The position numbers and the translations under genes are program-made. The notes beneath the pieces are model-generated. The model worked only from the letters and a program-made list of their open reading frames with translations. It searched no databases and was not told where the DNA came from. 64,000 bases of DNA from Octopus sinensis. Its lineage: Eukaryota. Positions 13,376-26,133 of this stretch are shown one piece after another (position 1 is the stretch's first letter; each line of letters begins with the position of its first letter). The stretch spans positions 90,954,001 to 91,018,000 of the forward strand of contig NC_042997.1 of the NCBI RefSeq assembly GCF_006345805.1, read 5' to 3'.

Positions 13376-14976
13376 CTGAAAGAGAAAGTGGTACAAGATT
13401 GGTGATGTTTTAGTTCATAGTTTAGATATTACTGTTTTCAGAATAAACATAACAATGCTGCTCTTGCTCTCTCTCTTCTCTCTCTGTGCATGTGTGTGGT
13501 AGGAGAAATAGAGAGGGTCTAGGATTAAACTGTCTAATGCATTCTTCCCTTTTTAAGTAATAGAGCAGGATTTGAGAAATAGATTTGGTTCAGATGTGTT
13601 TAGTGTTAAGAAAATCGTTTTTTATTTCGTATATTTTCATTTGTCTTGCTTATTTTTACATTGTTTTTTTGCTGAGATTTTTCTTGAGAACACATTCTTA
13701 GTGGTAATGGCGATTTGACATCTATGTTTAGCATATAGGCTGTCCACTTGTAGAGGTCAGTCCTTTAAATTTTGTATGTAAAACAATTTTTAATCTTTGT
13801 ATTTTTTTAAAATATGCTAAGCCACTGGTTTTAATTGATTAATATCAATTTCTACCCTTATTTAATTTTAAATTAAGAAAAAAATGTTCTCTAACTGGTA
13901 AATTGACTACTGCAGAGTAGTTTCTGATCTCAGCGCGCTAAAGTGAAGACATTTGAAAGATACACTTAAAATATAATTTGTAGAACATTATACATGCTGG
14001 ATTTCAGTTGAGCATTCTGTATCTAGTTCTGTAAATTATGTTTTGTAAACGACAGACTATGCTGATGATCTTGCAGATGTTTGCGCGTCCATATATGTAA
14101 ATATTAACAAGTGAAACCAATGGTATATAGGTAATCGTTTTTTATTTCGTATATTTTCATTTGTCTTGCTTATTTTTACATTTTGTTTTTTTTGCTGAGA
14201 TTTTTCTTGAGAGCACATTCTTTGTGGTAATGGTAATTTGACATCTATGTTTAGCATATAGGCTGTCCACTTTTAGTGGTTGTGTATGTGTGTGTGTCTC
14301 AAGTTGTAGCTGTAATTCAAAGGGGCCAACCTTGTCATATTCTGTATGAGGCTGAATCTCAATGAGAACTACATTAATGTCATGCATGTCTGTGGAGTAC
14401 TCAGCCATTTGTAAGTTAATTTTATCCTTGTGTGGTAATGAAAAGTGAAATTGACAACCAGTATTTGCTGTGTCTATGTATCTATGTATGAACTGTCTCT
14501 CTCACTTTCTTTCTCTTTCACTTCCTTTGTGTCCCTCCTGTCTTCTGATTTAAAAATGTGTATATTTATCAATGTATCTACTTCTCTTGCGATGTGATAA
14601 ACATTTAAAAACACAAAATGAATGCAATCACCACTCACTGTCTCTTTCATTCTCTCTCTTTCTCTCTCACTCACTCACTTTCACTCTCTTTTACGTCCTC
14701 TCTGAAATACTTAAAAACACAAGACGAACACCATCACCACTCACTGTCTCTTTCACTCTCACTCTCTCTTTTTCTCTTACTTTCTCTCTGTCCTCCTCTC
14801 TCTCGCCTTGCCACTTCATTGAAGTGTGACGCACACAACAGGTACATACAAAAACACAAAGTTAGCGTATTAATATTATTGATGATGATGTAATACAAAT
14901 AAAATTTATTTGATGTACTGTGAAATTGAGAGAGAGAAAGAGACAGGGAGGGCGAGAAGTGTCCAGAAATACTTAC

Positions 14977-15167
14977 ACATAATTTTCTGGGACAATTCCA
15001 GGTGCAGCAGATTCTGTGCTGTTTAGTTCTAGTGTGGAGAGATCTACTGTTGGTGTTGTTGGAACAGCAACTGTGGTGGACTGAGTTCCACTTTGAGAAG
15101 AATCACTCGAGTTATTTAACACACAAAATTCTACATGAGCTAAATTCTCTAAGAACATGTTCCAGTC
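14977..15167 (-). CDS. TMEM248: TMEM248 coding exon 2 (DWNMFLENLAHVEFCVLNNSS...IVPENY)
   Basis: tttttcag|GACTGG acceptor and GT|gtaagt donor; 191 nt, phase 0 to 2. Aligns to human DWNTFLLRFNDLDLCVSEN followed by a Ser/Thr-rich linker. Confidence 0.93.
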
Positions 15168-15445
15168 CTGAAAAAAAGAAAAGACAGATGTAAACTACAT
15201 ATAGACATAAATGTCATACACCATGATGGTGATAAAGATGCTGCTAATGACGAAGCTGATGTCCTATTTGTGAACTATATAATTCTAATTGCCTTGTACT
15301 TGTTGATAAGCTGGTGGTGATATTTTTATTATCAAATTACTATTTCCAGGTAAAGATGTAAATGTGCGATTAAGAAGTTCACTTTACAACTATGTGGTTC
15401 CAAGTCAGATCTTTCTGCTTGAAAGTAGTGTGTCTTTTGCTTTGC

Positions 15446-15473
<28 letters not shown>

Positions 15474-15479
<6 letters not shown>

Positions 15480-16060
15480 GGTGCGGTGGGTAAATTGTCG
15501 CCATTTTATATGTTCAATTTTGCACATGCACATTGTTTATTTTTGATTTTCTTGACTGCACAGGATCAGTTGAGCACTGTCTAAGAAAAACAGCACCATC
15601 GCACAATTCAGTCTGCCAGAAATTTGGAAATGACATGCTGTACTTCTTGGCATTTGCAGCAGACACTCCAATACGAACATTTCAGAGTGATTGGGTGTCA
15701 ATCTGATGACAGTGCAGAGGATTCATAAAGAGTTGGATGAGTTTAATGGTGATTACAAAGGTATGACAGCTCAGAAAATTCACTCTAATCATTCTGATAA
15801 GAAAAGAACGCCTGAATTTGTTGGTGAGATCCAGGCTATGATTGACAACAATTCCTCCAAGTCAATCAGGTCCATTGCCAGGGACATGAGAGTGTCTGAG
15901 TTTCTTATCAGGCAGGTAGTGCATAAAGATATTGATCATTTCTCATACATGATGAGAAAGGACCAATTTTTATTGCAAGTCATCAATGACAAGAGGAAAG
16001 ACAGCACTGCAAATCTTTAGAACAAACTCAAGCATCCCCTCCAACTGAACATGCTTGAAA
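15474..16060 (+). mobile_element. Tc1/mariner-superfamily transposase 5' fragment (HTH region) in a TMEM248 intron
   Basis: ORF 15691-16020 contains TVQRI...RTPEFV..IQAMIDNNSSKSIRSIARDMRVSEFLIRQVVHKDI. Confidence 0.75.
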
Positions 16061-16985
16061 AGTCATAACCCATGAATACTAATTCATAAAATGCTTATGA
16101 TATAAAATCAAACTTTTTTTTACACATACTCTTAGCAATCCCTTATCAAGCTCTCTTGTTATATGTTTAGAATGGTGATAATAAGGCACACAATTATATA
16201 CATAGTTTCAGTAAAGAAATATACTGGTTTCAAATTTTGGCACAATCCAACAGTTTTGGTGAAGGGGGCAAGTCGATTACATCAACCCCAGTGCTCAACT
16301 GATAATTATTTTATCAACCCCAAAAGGAAGAAAGGTAAAGTCAACCTTGGCAAAATATGAACACAGAACATGAATAAAATGTCACTAAACATTTTGCTGA
16401 TGTGCTAATGATTCCACCAGCTAGCCACCTTATAAAAATGTTATATTAGCAGCAAATTAGATGTGTGTTCCAACTGACTTTTAGTTATAAGTATTTTAAT
16501 TAGCTCTTGATAAGGCATGAGCATGACAATACATATTTTCCCAAATCTGAAATGAACAAAGTTGGTCACCCACTGATAAATATCTTAAGTCATAGAAATA
16601 AGTCAAGCTCAATTTGAGATTAGTTATAAAGAAGCATCACAGTACATATTTTCCGAGCTATTTGAAGGTTTATCACTCACTGCAGATAAGGGCTGGCAGC
16701 AGGAATGGCACCTGGCCATAGAAAATCCTCCTCACCAAATTCTGCCCAGCCCAAGTCAAGTTACATTTGAGATTAATTGCACAAGGGGTAAAATTTCTCA
16801 TAGCATCAGATCAACTTTTTCCCACAAGCCAAATATACTTATCCAGATGTTTCAGTGAGTTAGATTTTATTTCAACTATATGAGTGAACAAACAATACTT
16901 ATAACAAGTTATATTGATATCTAGCTAATATTTACAACAAAGACAGGAAAATGAAAGAACCAATACAGAGAAGTGTATATCTTAC

Positions 16986-17141
16986 CTCAGTTATATCAGG
17001 GTTGGTAATTTCTCTAACTTTAATGTAGTAAGCAAGGGTCAGCAAAACTACAGCAAATGAACCCAGACAAATCATAAATATGATAATTGGGGGCCGGCTT
17101 GTGGCAAAGCCTCTCAAGTTCTCATAAATTGGAAATGCCAT
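16986..17141 (-). CDS. TMEM248: TMEM248 coding exon 1 (MAFPIYENLRGFATSRPPIIIFMICLGSFAVVLLTLAYYIKVREITNPDITE)
   Basis: Matches the recalled human N-terminus (ENLKVYISSRPPLVVFMISV...LTLGYFFKIKEIKSPEMAE). Acceptor ttttttcag lies 4 nt upstream of the ATG (exon starts 17145). Donor GAG|gtaaga, phase 0. Confidence 0.95.
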
Positions 17142-17420
17142 TGAGCTGAAAAAAATAAAAAAATAAATAAAAATCCTTTCTACTATAGGCAAAGGGCCTG
17201 AAATTTAGGGGTGAGAGTAAATCAATTACATTAACCCCAGTGCTCAACTAGTACTTATTTTACTGACCCCAAAAGGATGAAAGGCAAAGTCAACCTCGGC
17301 GGAATTTGAACTCAGAATATAGCAGCAAAGTACCGCTAAGCATTTCACCTGGTGTGCTAATGATTCTGCTAGCTCACCACCTTAACAACAACAACAACAA
17401 CAATAATAATAATAATAATA

Positions 17421-18025
17421 AATCAAAAAAAGAAACAAAGAGCATAATTGTAGCAGCCCAAGATCAAGAGTTAAAAATAAACAACTTGATATATGTGAGA
17501 AGGTGTCAGAAAAATGTAGAGCCTGTGGAACTTGGAATGGACAGAATGACCCAGGATGAATATAAAAATGGAGGCATGACAAGGTTGTAAAAGTTTTACA
17601 CTGGAAAACTGGAGTCGGAGAAGTATAAGATTTTGTGGTACTTTCCTATTCAAATGGACAAGAAGTTAGAAAATAGTAGACTGGATATAACAATTATAGA
17701 TAAGGAAAAGAGAAGTTGCTTACTAATCAACCCATCATGGCTGTTTGATTCTGGGATTGTAAAGAAAGAGGAAGAATTTGGAGCATGAGAACAGTAAAGG
17801 TCATGCTTATAATAATTGGTGCATGAAGGAAATTGGAATAGAATATCTGGTAGAGCTCCTACAGAAAGTTTGTCTCTTAGGGACAGCAAGGATTATCAGG
17901 AGGGTTCTGAGCACTTAAAAGATCACTGAAAACTTGTGGATACCTAAACTTACAAGTAGTAACCTGTTAGCCACATAAATCCTACCAGGAATAAGACCAA
18001 ACCTGAGCCAAACCAAAATAATAAT
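17421..18025 (+). mobile_element. R4/Dong-like (restriction-like endonuclease) non-LTR retrotransposon 3' fragment
   Basis: KKETKSIIVAAQDQEL, then across frameshifts EYK..HDKV, ESEKYKILWYFPIQMDKKLENSRLDITIIDK and LQKVCLLGTARIIRRVL. Bounded by (AAC/AAT)n on the left and AATAATAAT on the right. Confidence 0.75.
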
Positions 18026-20815
18026 ATGCAGTACCGAGTACTGGCTCTCATGGCTTCTGATCTTAACTGATTGGAAGTGCTATCATGTATATGTTTTGTC
18101 TTGGTATAAAAGATGGGCTATAGCAAATATTCTGTTCAATACCACAGGTTTGCTTGTCAGTTGTTTGACCATAACCAGTTGAGCATGTTTCTTGGTGGTT
18201 GATGATATGTGCATCTCTGATCATGAGTAGAAGTAGTGGAGGAGTATCAAAGCCATGTGTTGAGAGAAATTGTTTGGAGTTTGAATAATTCCCCTCTGGA
18301 AATATGGGTGTTTCATTCAACATCCTTAAACAACCCTTATTCAGGGACCTTTTGAGCAGGATGGGCTACTGAAGAAAATTCTAACTGGGCCCTACCTGTA
18401 AGGTCATGCAATGTTTATCTTGATATGAGACCACCATGTCACGCACATATGGCTGTGATGCATGTGCCTGGTGTACCCTTATCAGACAGGTAGTCATGAT
18501 GGGTATACTAGGCTTTGTATATTTTACCCCAGTGTCACTTTGATGGCATGCACTGCTCTCACACTCAATAATAATAATAATAAATAATAATAATGGTTTC
18601 AAATTTTGGCACAAGGCCAGTAAGTTGTGAGTGGAGTTAATTGATTACATCAACCCCAGGGCTCAACTGGTACTTTTTTTTTTATCAACCCCGAAAGGAT
18701 GAAAGGCAAAGTCAACCTCAGCGTAATTTGAACTTGGAACTTGACAGATGAAATACTACTAAGTATTTTGCCCAGTGAATAATTTTATAATTAGGTACAA
18801 GGTCTCAAATTTAGAGATTGGTATAATCAATTATATCAATCCCAACACCTGACAAGTAACTTTATTTTATTGAACCCACAAGGATGAAAGGCACAGATAA
18901 ACTTAGCAAGATCTGAACTAAGGAGGTAAAAGGCTATAGCCAAATACTACAGGCATTTTAGTATTCTGTCTGATGCAACAGTAAAAGTGAGGGAGTTGGT
19001 GGTGGTTGTGGCAATAGTGAAAGAGGTTATGTCATACTGCAAAATGTGTTACAAACTAGAGTAAAAATTAGATATAGGTTTTGTATCTGAGATTATTTAT
19101 AGGTATTTAACACCAGCTCTGAACTTGAGTTGCAAAAACATTGAGTATATGACAAAACACAGCATAATTAACAATCAAGAAGAGAAAAATTAGAGATAAA
19201 CTCAAGTAGCTTCCAGCTGAAGGTAAGAGAATTCTAGAATTCGTTTTTCTTTTAAATTTTCACATTTCCATGCTCGTATGGGCTGGGCAGAATCTGTTGA
19301 GGGGAATTTTTTTTGACCAGATGCCCTTTCTATTACCAATCCTCATCTGCTTTCATGTAATGTAACATTTCTCCATGATCAGACTAAATTTCATGGAAGA
19401 TTGGCAATGAAACATGTTTGCATGGCAGCGACACACATTTACAACTACTACACGATGTCAAGGTAAGGAGACAGTAACACACATACACATGATGGGCTTC
19501 TATATGCTTACCAAATCCACTCACAAAGCTTTGGTCAGCCCAAGGCTACAGTAAAAGATATTTGTCCATGGTAACCCAAGACTATGGGGTTAGAAAGCAA
19601 ACATCTAACCACACAAGTATGCCTGTGGTTGTGTGAAAGAGATTTAGATAGGAGGGAAGAGGCTTTGCTGGTGGTGACCATAGATCAAGTACTCGAACAA
19701 AATTGTAACAGAATAGTGGCTGAAATATTAAATGAATCACGAATGCTACAATGAAAAAAACGTCTTCCAGATCATGTTGAAATTCTTTGCTGCAAGCAAA
19801 GACATCAGAAAATTATAATGTGGAACCTGCCTGTAGTTGAAATGAGAATGGATAACTAAGAAGATGTCAAAAGGTATCAATATCTAATGGATTGGCTGCT
19901 AAAACAGACAATCTGATGAACCAATGTAGAAGCCTACATATGGTCATTCAACCAGCTAGAAATAGTAACCAAATCTATAATTACAACCTACAGTCATTAA
20001 CTCTTTTGCTACCTTATTTCTGCTATTTGATTCAATTCATTTTGAAAATAATGAATAATTTAGTGAAATAACTACTATTATTTAGTTGGTTTTTCAGAAC
20101 AAAATTGAAATTTTCAGGCAAGGTACTAATTTAGATCATTTTGAAACGAAGTTTGTATAATAGGAACAAAGGCAATCTTGAGCTGGTTGGTTTCAAAAGG
20201 ATTAAAAGAGCCTATAATTCTGATAAAGCTACCTTTCTATTGCACTTTATTGAAGACAATGCTTCTGAATGGCCTTAGCTGTGTTGTCTAAAACAAATTA
20301 AGGACATGAATATGAGGTTGTGTCAACCCCAGAGTTGCATTTTTTTTTTTTTTTTTTTTTAGCTGAGGCTTAAATTAAACTGCTTAACAAGGCCTGTTTT
20401 CTAGATGTCTTCCCTTGAAATCACAACTGAATCTCTAACATAATGACAGTAGCTGGTTGCAAATACACATGCAGATTTAAACAATTTGAGAATTGTTCAA
20501 CTTTTAAAAACTTATTGAATGTAATTGTTTATTTTTCAAATATATTCATGTGGATTTCTCTCCATACAAGTAATACTGAGTCACAATTTTTCTGTCATTT
20601 TTTCCTTTAGTAAACTAAATAAATATCTTAAACTAAGCTTTATATACTAAATATAAACTATCACACTTGAGATGTACCTGTTATAACACTTTATCTCAAT
20701 TTGAATGTATGTGAAGGTATTTAGAATGCTCAAACTTATTTCTGCAAATATACTAAGCACTGATGGTGATCATAGTTTAATGAATAAGTGTAGGAGTGAG
20801 GTAAATGCACTAAAA

Positions 20816-21152
20816 CTAGTCGGGATCAGTGGGGCCCCATTTAAGCGGCCCTTCAGAAATTGAACCTTCTTACGATACTCCCTGGGAGTTCATGGTTATG
20901 AAATTTATTGTCATTGATCTGATTTGGTCACCAATACCATGTATTTAGTTTAAAATACAGTAAAAATGGGAGGGGGTCAGTGGGTTCCCAATTAGGTGGC
21001 CCTTAAAAAAATAGACTCCCTTAGGACATTCCCTGGGGTTAGGGGAGTCATTGGTTTGAGTTTCATTGTCCTCGCACCAACGATCTTGGAGGAGTTAACG
21101 AACATAAAAACATAACAGACAGAGAAACATCACTCAAAAATTTATAATAGGA
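20816..21152 (-). mobile_element. Non-autonomous Helitron
   Basis: On the minus strand: 5' TC at 21152, 3' CTAG at 20816-20819, inserted between A and T. A GC-rich hairpin (GGGCCCC-ATTTAA-GCGGCCC, 20832-20851) sits 12 nt from the 3' end. Confidence 0.75.
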
Positions 21153-24100
21153 TAATTGAGAAGACCCATCAAGCCAAGTGAAATCATAGTTGTGGCTATT
21201 GCTGGTGTCATGTAAATGGCACCCATGAAACTGTAATTGTGGACATTGCCTGTAGCATGATCTTCAAATGCTGGACCTCATGGAGGTGATGACAAGTAAC
21301 CGAGACCATGGCGATATGTTGTGCTTGAGAAGACTTGCCAAGCCAAGTGAAACCATAGTCCTGGCCATTAACAGTGTCATATAAATGACACCCAAGAAAT
21401 TGTAGTCAAGGGCATAGCTAGTGTCATGTAACTAGATGAATTTATAGATTTCTTTTTAAAAAACAAGTGTGGAGTTGTTTGCTTGGAAGAAGCTTTTTCT
21501 CATTCTATATAAATTTCTTGGTAACATGCAGAAATATTTGTTATAGTAGTAGAAACTTTTACACTTTATTAAAAATTTGGATCTTTATATTTATTATAAA
21601 ATAAAACTCATAAATCCAGGGTCTCATAAAGCAGGTCCTCATAAAGTGAGGTATTACTGTATATGCAGTAGACAAAAACAATGTTTCCAGAACCTGCAAT
21701 TTCCTGGAATACTATAGTCATTTGTCCTCCCACCCCACTTATTTCAACCTGTATCTCTGTGACCTTCCCAAAAGCTTCACCCTACTCACACCTTCCCAAC
21801 ATCCCCCACACACTGCTGCACAACTACACTAACACTACTTAAAGTTATCTAGATACAGGCACCACAGCAACAAATTGAAAGTAACATGAATGAAATATTT
21901 CTCTTCCTATCAGCAACACCAGAAAACAAAGTACAACTTGCTGTCAGTTACATTCAGTAATACACACAGAAGACAAAAATAATAAAACTTTCCATAATAT
22001 ACATAAGACATACTGCAGAAAAAAAAACCCTGAAAAGAAAAAAAAAACGATGTACAAACACTTAGAGCAATCTCATTTAACTACTAGAAAGAAATATTGG
22101 TGTACAAACAGATCCATTGTGGACTGTTGCTATAACTGGGCCTGTAATCTCTCCACAACAAACTACAAAGAACAAAATGCATTATGTATCACCAGTTGTA
22201 CACAAACCATAATGCCATACCACCAACAACGAAAGAACACAAGACCATTTAAATATATAAGTAGTAGTTTGTTGCCATAGGAAACTTTAAACTCCTCTCA
22301 TACAGCACTACTGCAACAGCATCCTAAACCAACCAACCAACCTACCCACCTGCCATTCAGCTCAAATAAGCATAAATAATGCATATACTGTAAATAGAAA
22401 TGCTTGCAGCACTAATACCCTCACTAGCCTCTAACTCTATTGTGCTTGATTATACACTACACTATCAATAATTGCAAAGAGCAGCAACTCCAACAGTATC
22501 CACCTTGCTTACCTTCACTGTGGCCACCACCAGAATCTATGGCTGTGCAAGAATAGACAGAACAGTGTAGAGAGAGCAGTGTAATTAAGACTTGCATGCT
22601 ACATGTTCATATGATTCATTACTGCGTGTTCAAGTGGGCAGTCAGATCCTAGCTAGGTAAGACAAAGTGGAACTGGGAAGACAGATCTGTGATCCCTGTC
22701 TCATCACTCACTGACCTAGAGTTACACAATATAATTGTCAGATCTCACCAAATTGTAACTGCTCGCCTCAGATGCAACACAGTTGTCTGAAGCTTGTTTG
22801 ACAGATTGTGTTATTCTTTGAAATACAGATTCAAAGGGTTAAATGTTTACACAACTGTACCTTTAAGATGGAAAGCAATTTTAAGCTCCATGGAAACTCA
22901 CTACATGTCACCCGCCAACTCATTTTTCTGAAAATGAGTTGGTTGATGTGGTAATCTAATTTGACGATGTAGGTTGAACATCCTTTCACTGGAGGTCAAT
23001 ATTGAAACAACAATAAGTAATGTATCAGTTTAGAGATATTTCAGAAATTACATTAGAAACAAATTCCAGTAATTCTATAGACAATACCTAGCATTAGTAG
23101 AATGCAAGACGGGATGGGGAGGAAGTATTAACTGTGTTGTTAATGAAACTGATGATTAAGACATACTACTGTCCATTAACATTTAAAAGCACAATAGGAT
23201 TTTTTTTTTAGTTCTTCCTATAATGGTGCTGTATACAAAACAGGAATAATATAACCAATAGATTATGATCAGCTTTATCTATCTATCTATCTATCTATCT
23301 ATAGAAAATATAGTGAGAAAGAGAGAGAGAGACACCAACTTACATAAGACACTGACTTGACAAAGCTACAATTAATATGTATGAAGCCTTTGTGAGAAGA
23401 AACAGTAATTGCTTTGCTTTTAAAATCTGAGGATTATTTCCTATACAAAGAAAAGATCCGGCTTATTCCTTAGAGACAGAAATTGAAAAGAAAAATGCAA
23501 GAGAATCTGTAGATGGCATAAGATAGATGTAGTTTCAGCCCCAGCAGAATACTGAAATCATCAATAAAAATCAATAGAATTATCTTTTATGCTTATGTAT
23601 CCATATACTAATACAAAGAGTCTGGTTGCTTTAACTTTCTGAGCCCAAACAGTTGGAACTACTTTAGACTCTGGCAAATATTTTACAACCATCTCATAAT
23701 ATTTTCTATTATGTTTGTATGTAAACCAAATCTTACTTGAATCACAGACAACAGTTTTTTTTTGTTTGTTTTTTTAGAGAGAGAGAGAGAGAAAACATCT
23801 TTAATCATAGATCTGCTCACAGAATTAAAGTGTGGCTATTCAGTAACAACAGGTCTTCTCTGATGCAAACATAATTTAACACTTTAGCATTCAGATTATT
23901 CTGTCAAATGTAATGCTTATTTATTCACATTTTTAGAATGACATTGTAGGGTAGGTTGAATCTGACCAGTTTGAACTGGTGGAATATTTTGGCCTGGTAC
24001 AAATGGTTTAAATCAGGCAGAAACAATTCTGTTTGAGAAGCAGGACACATGAAACAGGACTCATTATCAAGCAGATTGCACTACTAAAAATATTCAAGGC

Positions 24101-24499
24101 AATTTCTTTAAGTGTGCCAAACAGAAAGTCTTGTGGGTTGCATTTATCCATGACAAATTTAAATAATTTTCTTCATTTTTGACTCCCTAATCTAGGACTC
24201 CCTCATCTAGCATCACTCAATTCCAATCCACTCCCTCTTTTCTATTTCACTTTTCTTAGTCATCATCACTATTTAACATCCATTTTCCATGCTGGTATGG
24301 GATGGACAGTTACTCCTTTATTGCAAATCTTCCTCTTTGCTTTTTTAAATACTTATTTTTCTAAATAAGTAAAACTTTGGGAAGATGATACCTTATTAGT
24401 TGCTACATAATCCCATATTCTATTCTCCCTCGGTTTGTAACTTCTACCTCTTCCAACAAGCATGGGGTTTTTGATTTCCAACTGCACAAGGGAGATTGC

Positions 24500-25880
24500 T
24501 CATGTGGTTAGTAGCAGACCCTAGGCTTGGTTTATCTCCTCTTTCATCAAACATTCAATTTATCTTACAAAAATATTGAAATCCCTAAAATAGAACAAGA
24601 AACAATCTCTATACAATTCTCTGTCCTCTACATCAATGAACTCAACACCATTTACCAGCTTCTGCTAATAGATGGTAGATTAAGTCAACAACACCCACTA
24701 TTCATAGTAAACAGCAGCTATATCTTAAGAACCCAATGTCCTAATTCTTTTAAATTCATTTGTTCTCTGAACTTTTCAGATTATCAACAGCTATTTGCCT
24801 ATATCTAGGAATGCATTGAAATCATTGACATGGTCTCAATGCATTCATAAAGATCACCACTTCTCTCTCTCTCCAAAATCATCTTCCAGGATGACTTGCA
24901 TACCTAGAGATAACTTTCCCTGAGGATATCTTCCTAGATGACTTCACTATCACAACTCTTTTAGGATCTTTCATATTGATTCTGTTTTGTACAGAGGCCA
25001 AAATCTTGTCTACCTGGCTAGTCTTACTTGACTCTTTGGTTCACATACACACATAATGAACATGCTTGACTTCTGTTATATCCAAGTTCATCTTTTACTC
25101 AACCCACATAGTCTCTAAAATCATAAAATTGTCTTACATTATATTATCAATGCTTCCTTGATCACATCAACCAACCACATAGCATTCTTTACTAATGAAA
25201 GCTGTGGTACTTCAAATATCCACTCTGTTTACTCCTTCATAACATTTTTCAATTCATGTGCTACTATCTCTAGCATGCCCTAGAGCTCGGTTACACTCCT
25301 AAATTTGCACTCTCTACACATATTCCTATACATACAATACCATCTTTTGCACAGGGATCATTCACATAAACCTAAAAATCTTACATTAGATATATACCAC
25401 TTATATAAATAAAGATCTTGAGAATTCCCTACCACCACCATTATCATGTTATGCCTGCTTTCCATGTTGGCATAGGTTAGACAACAGTCCAAGCAAGTTC
25501 TTATTCATAGTTAATACCCTTCGATATTTTGGTGGGTTTTATTGGATAGGCAAATTCCCCTCATTGCTACTCTATTTTTCATTCCTGTATTTAACAAGAA
25601 AAATGAAAACAAGAATCTCAGAGCAGTGATAGAGGAATAACACCTTTGAATTAATGAATATATAAAACACCAGATGTCCATGCTTCTTTGGAACATGGGG
25701 ACACTCAGGACTCATGGAAATATAACTAGGAGAAGAGGGTTGAGGAAGAAGTTTACAGAGAGAGAAGAAAAATTTCAAAGTTTGTGGAATTCTTCATTGC
25801 TTTCCTGGTTGACAGCTAAGATTTGGAGATTGATAGAGGCAGTAGTAGTGTGTAATGTATCAATGGGAACATGAGAATTA
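24500..25880. mobile_element. Old, heavily degraded LINE fragments (antisense EN-like part ~24500-25400, sense RT-like part ~25540-25880)
   Basis: Only vestigial RTE-like motifs remain (e.g. FIPVFNKK..KNLRA..), with many stops. Confidence 0.35.
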
Positions 25881-26070
25881 TCTGAGACCCTTACATGCCA
25901 AATATCAGTGGTGTATTGGGGCATGAATTCAAGGTGCCAAGGGGCAGAGAATCAGGTCTCATTTGCAAGTTATATGTTTGGCACGGTTTTTATGGGTGGA
26001 TGCTCCTTCTAACATCAGTCACTTTACAAAGTGTACTGAATAGATTTTAGTGTAGCACCAACTAGAAAGA

Positions 26071-26133
<63 letters not shown>

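Noticed and set aside
17146-17192. Upstream ATG (MPIVERIFIYFFIFF) of ORF 16932-17192 as the TMEM248 start
   Set aside because: This stretch is the polypyrimidine tract and acceptor of the intron; homology begins at MAFP.
23025-23087. Possible terminal exon of another minus-strand gene (VLSIELLEFVSNVISEISLN*)
   Set aside because: The acceptor is weak, no homology was recognised and no supporting upstream exons were found.
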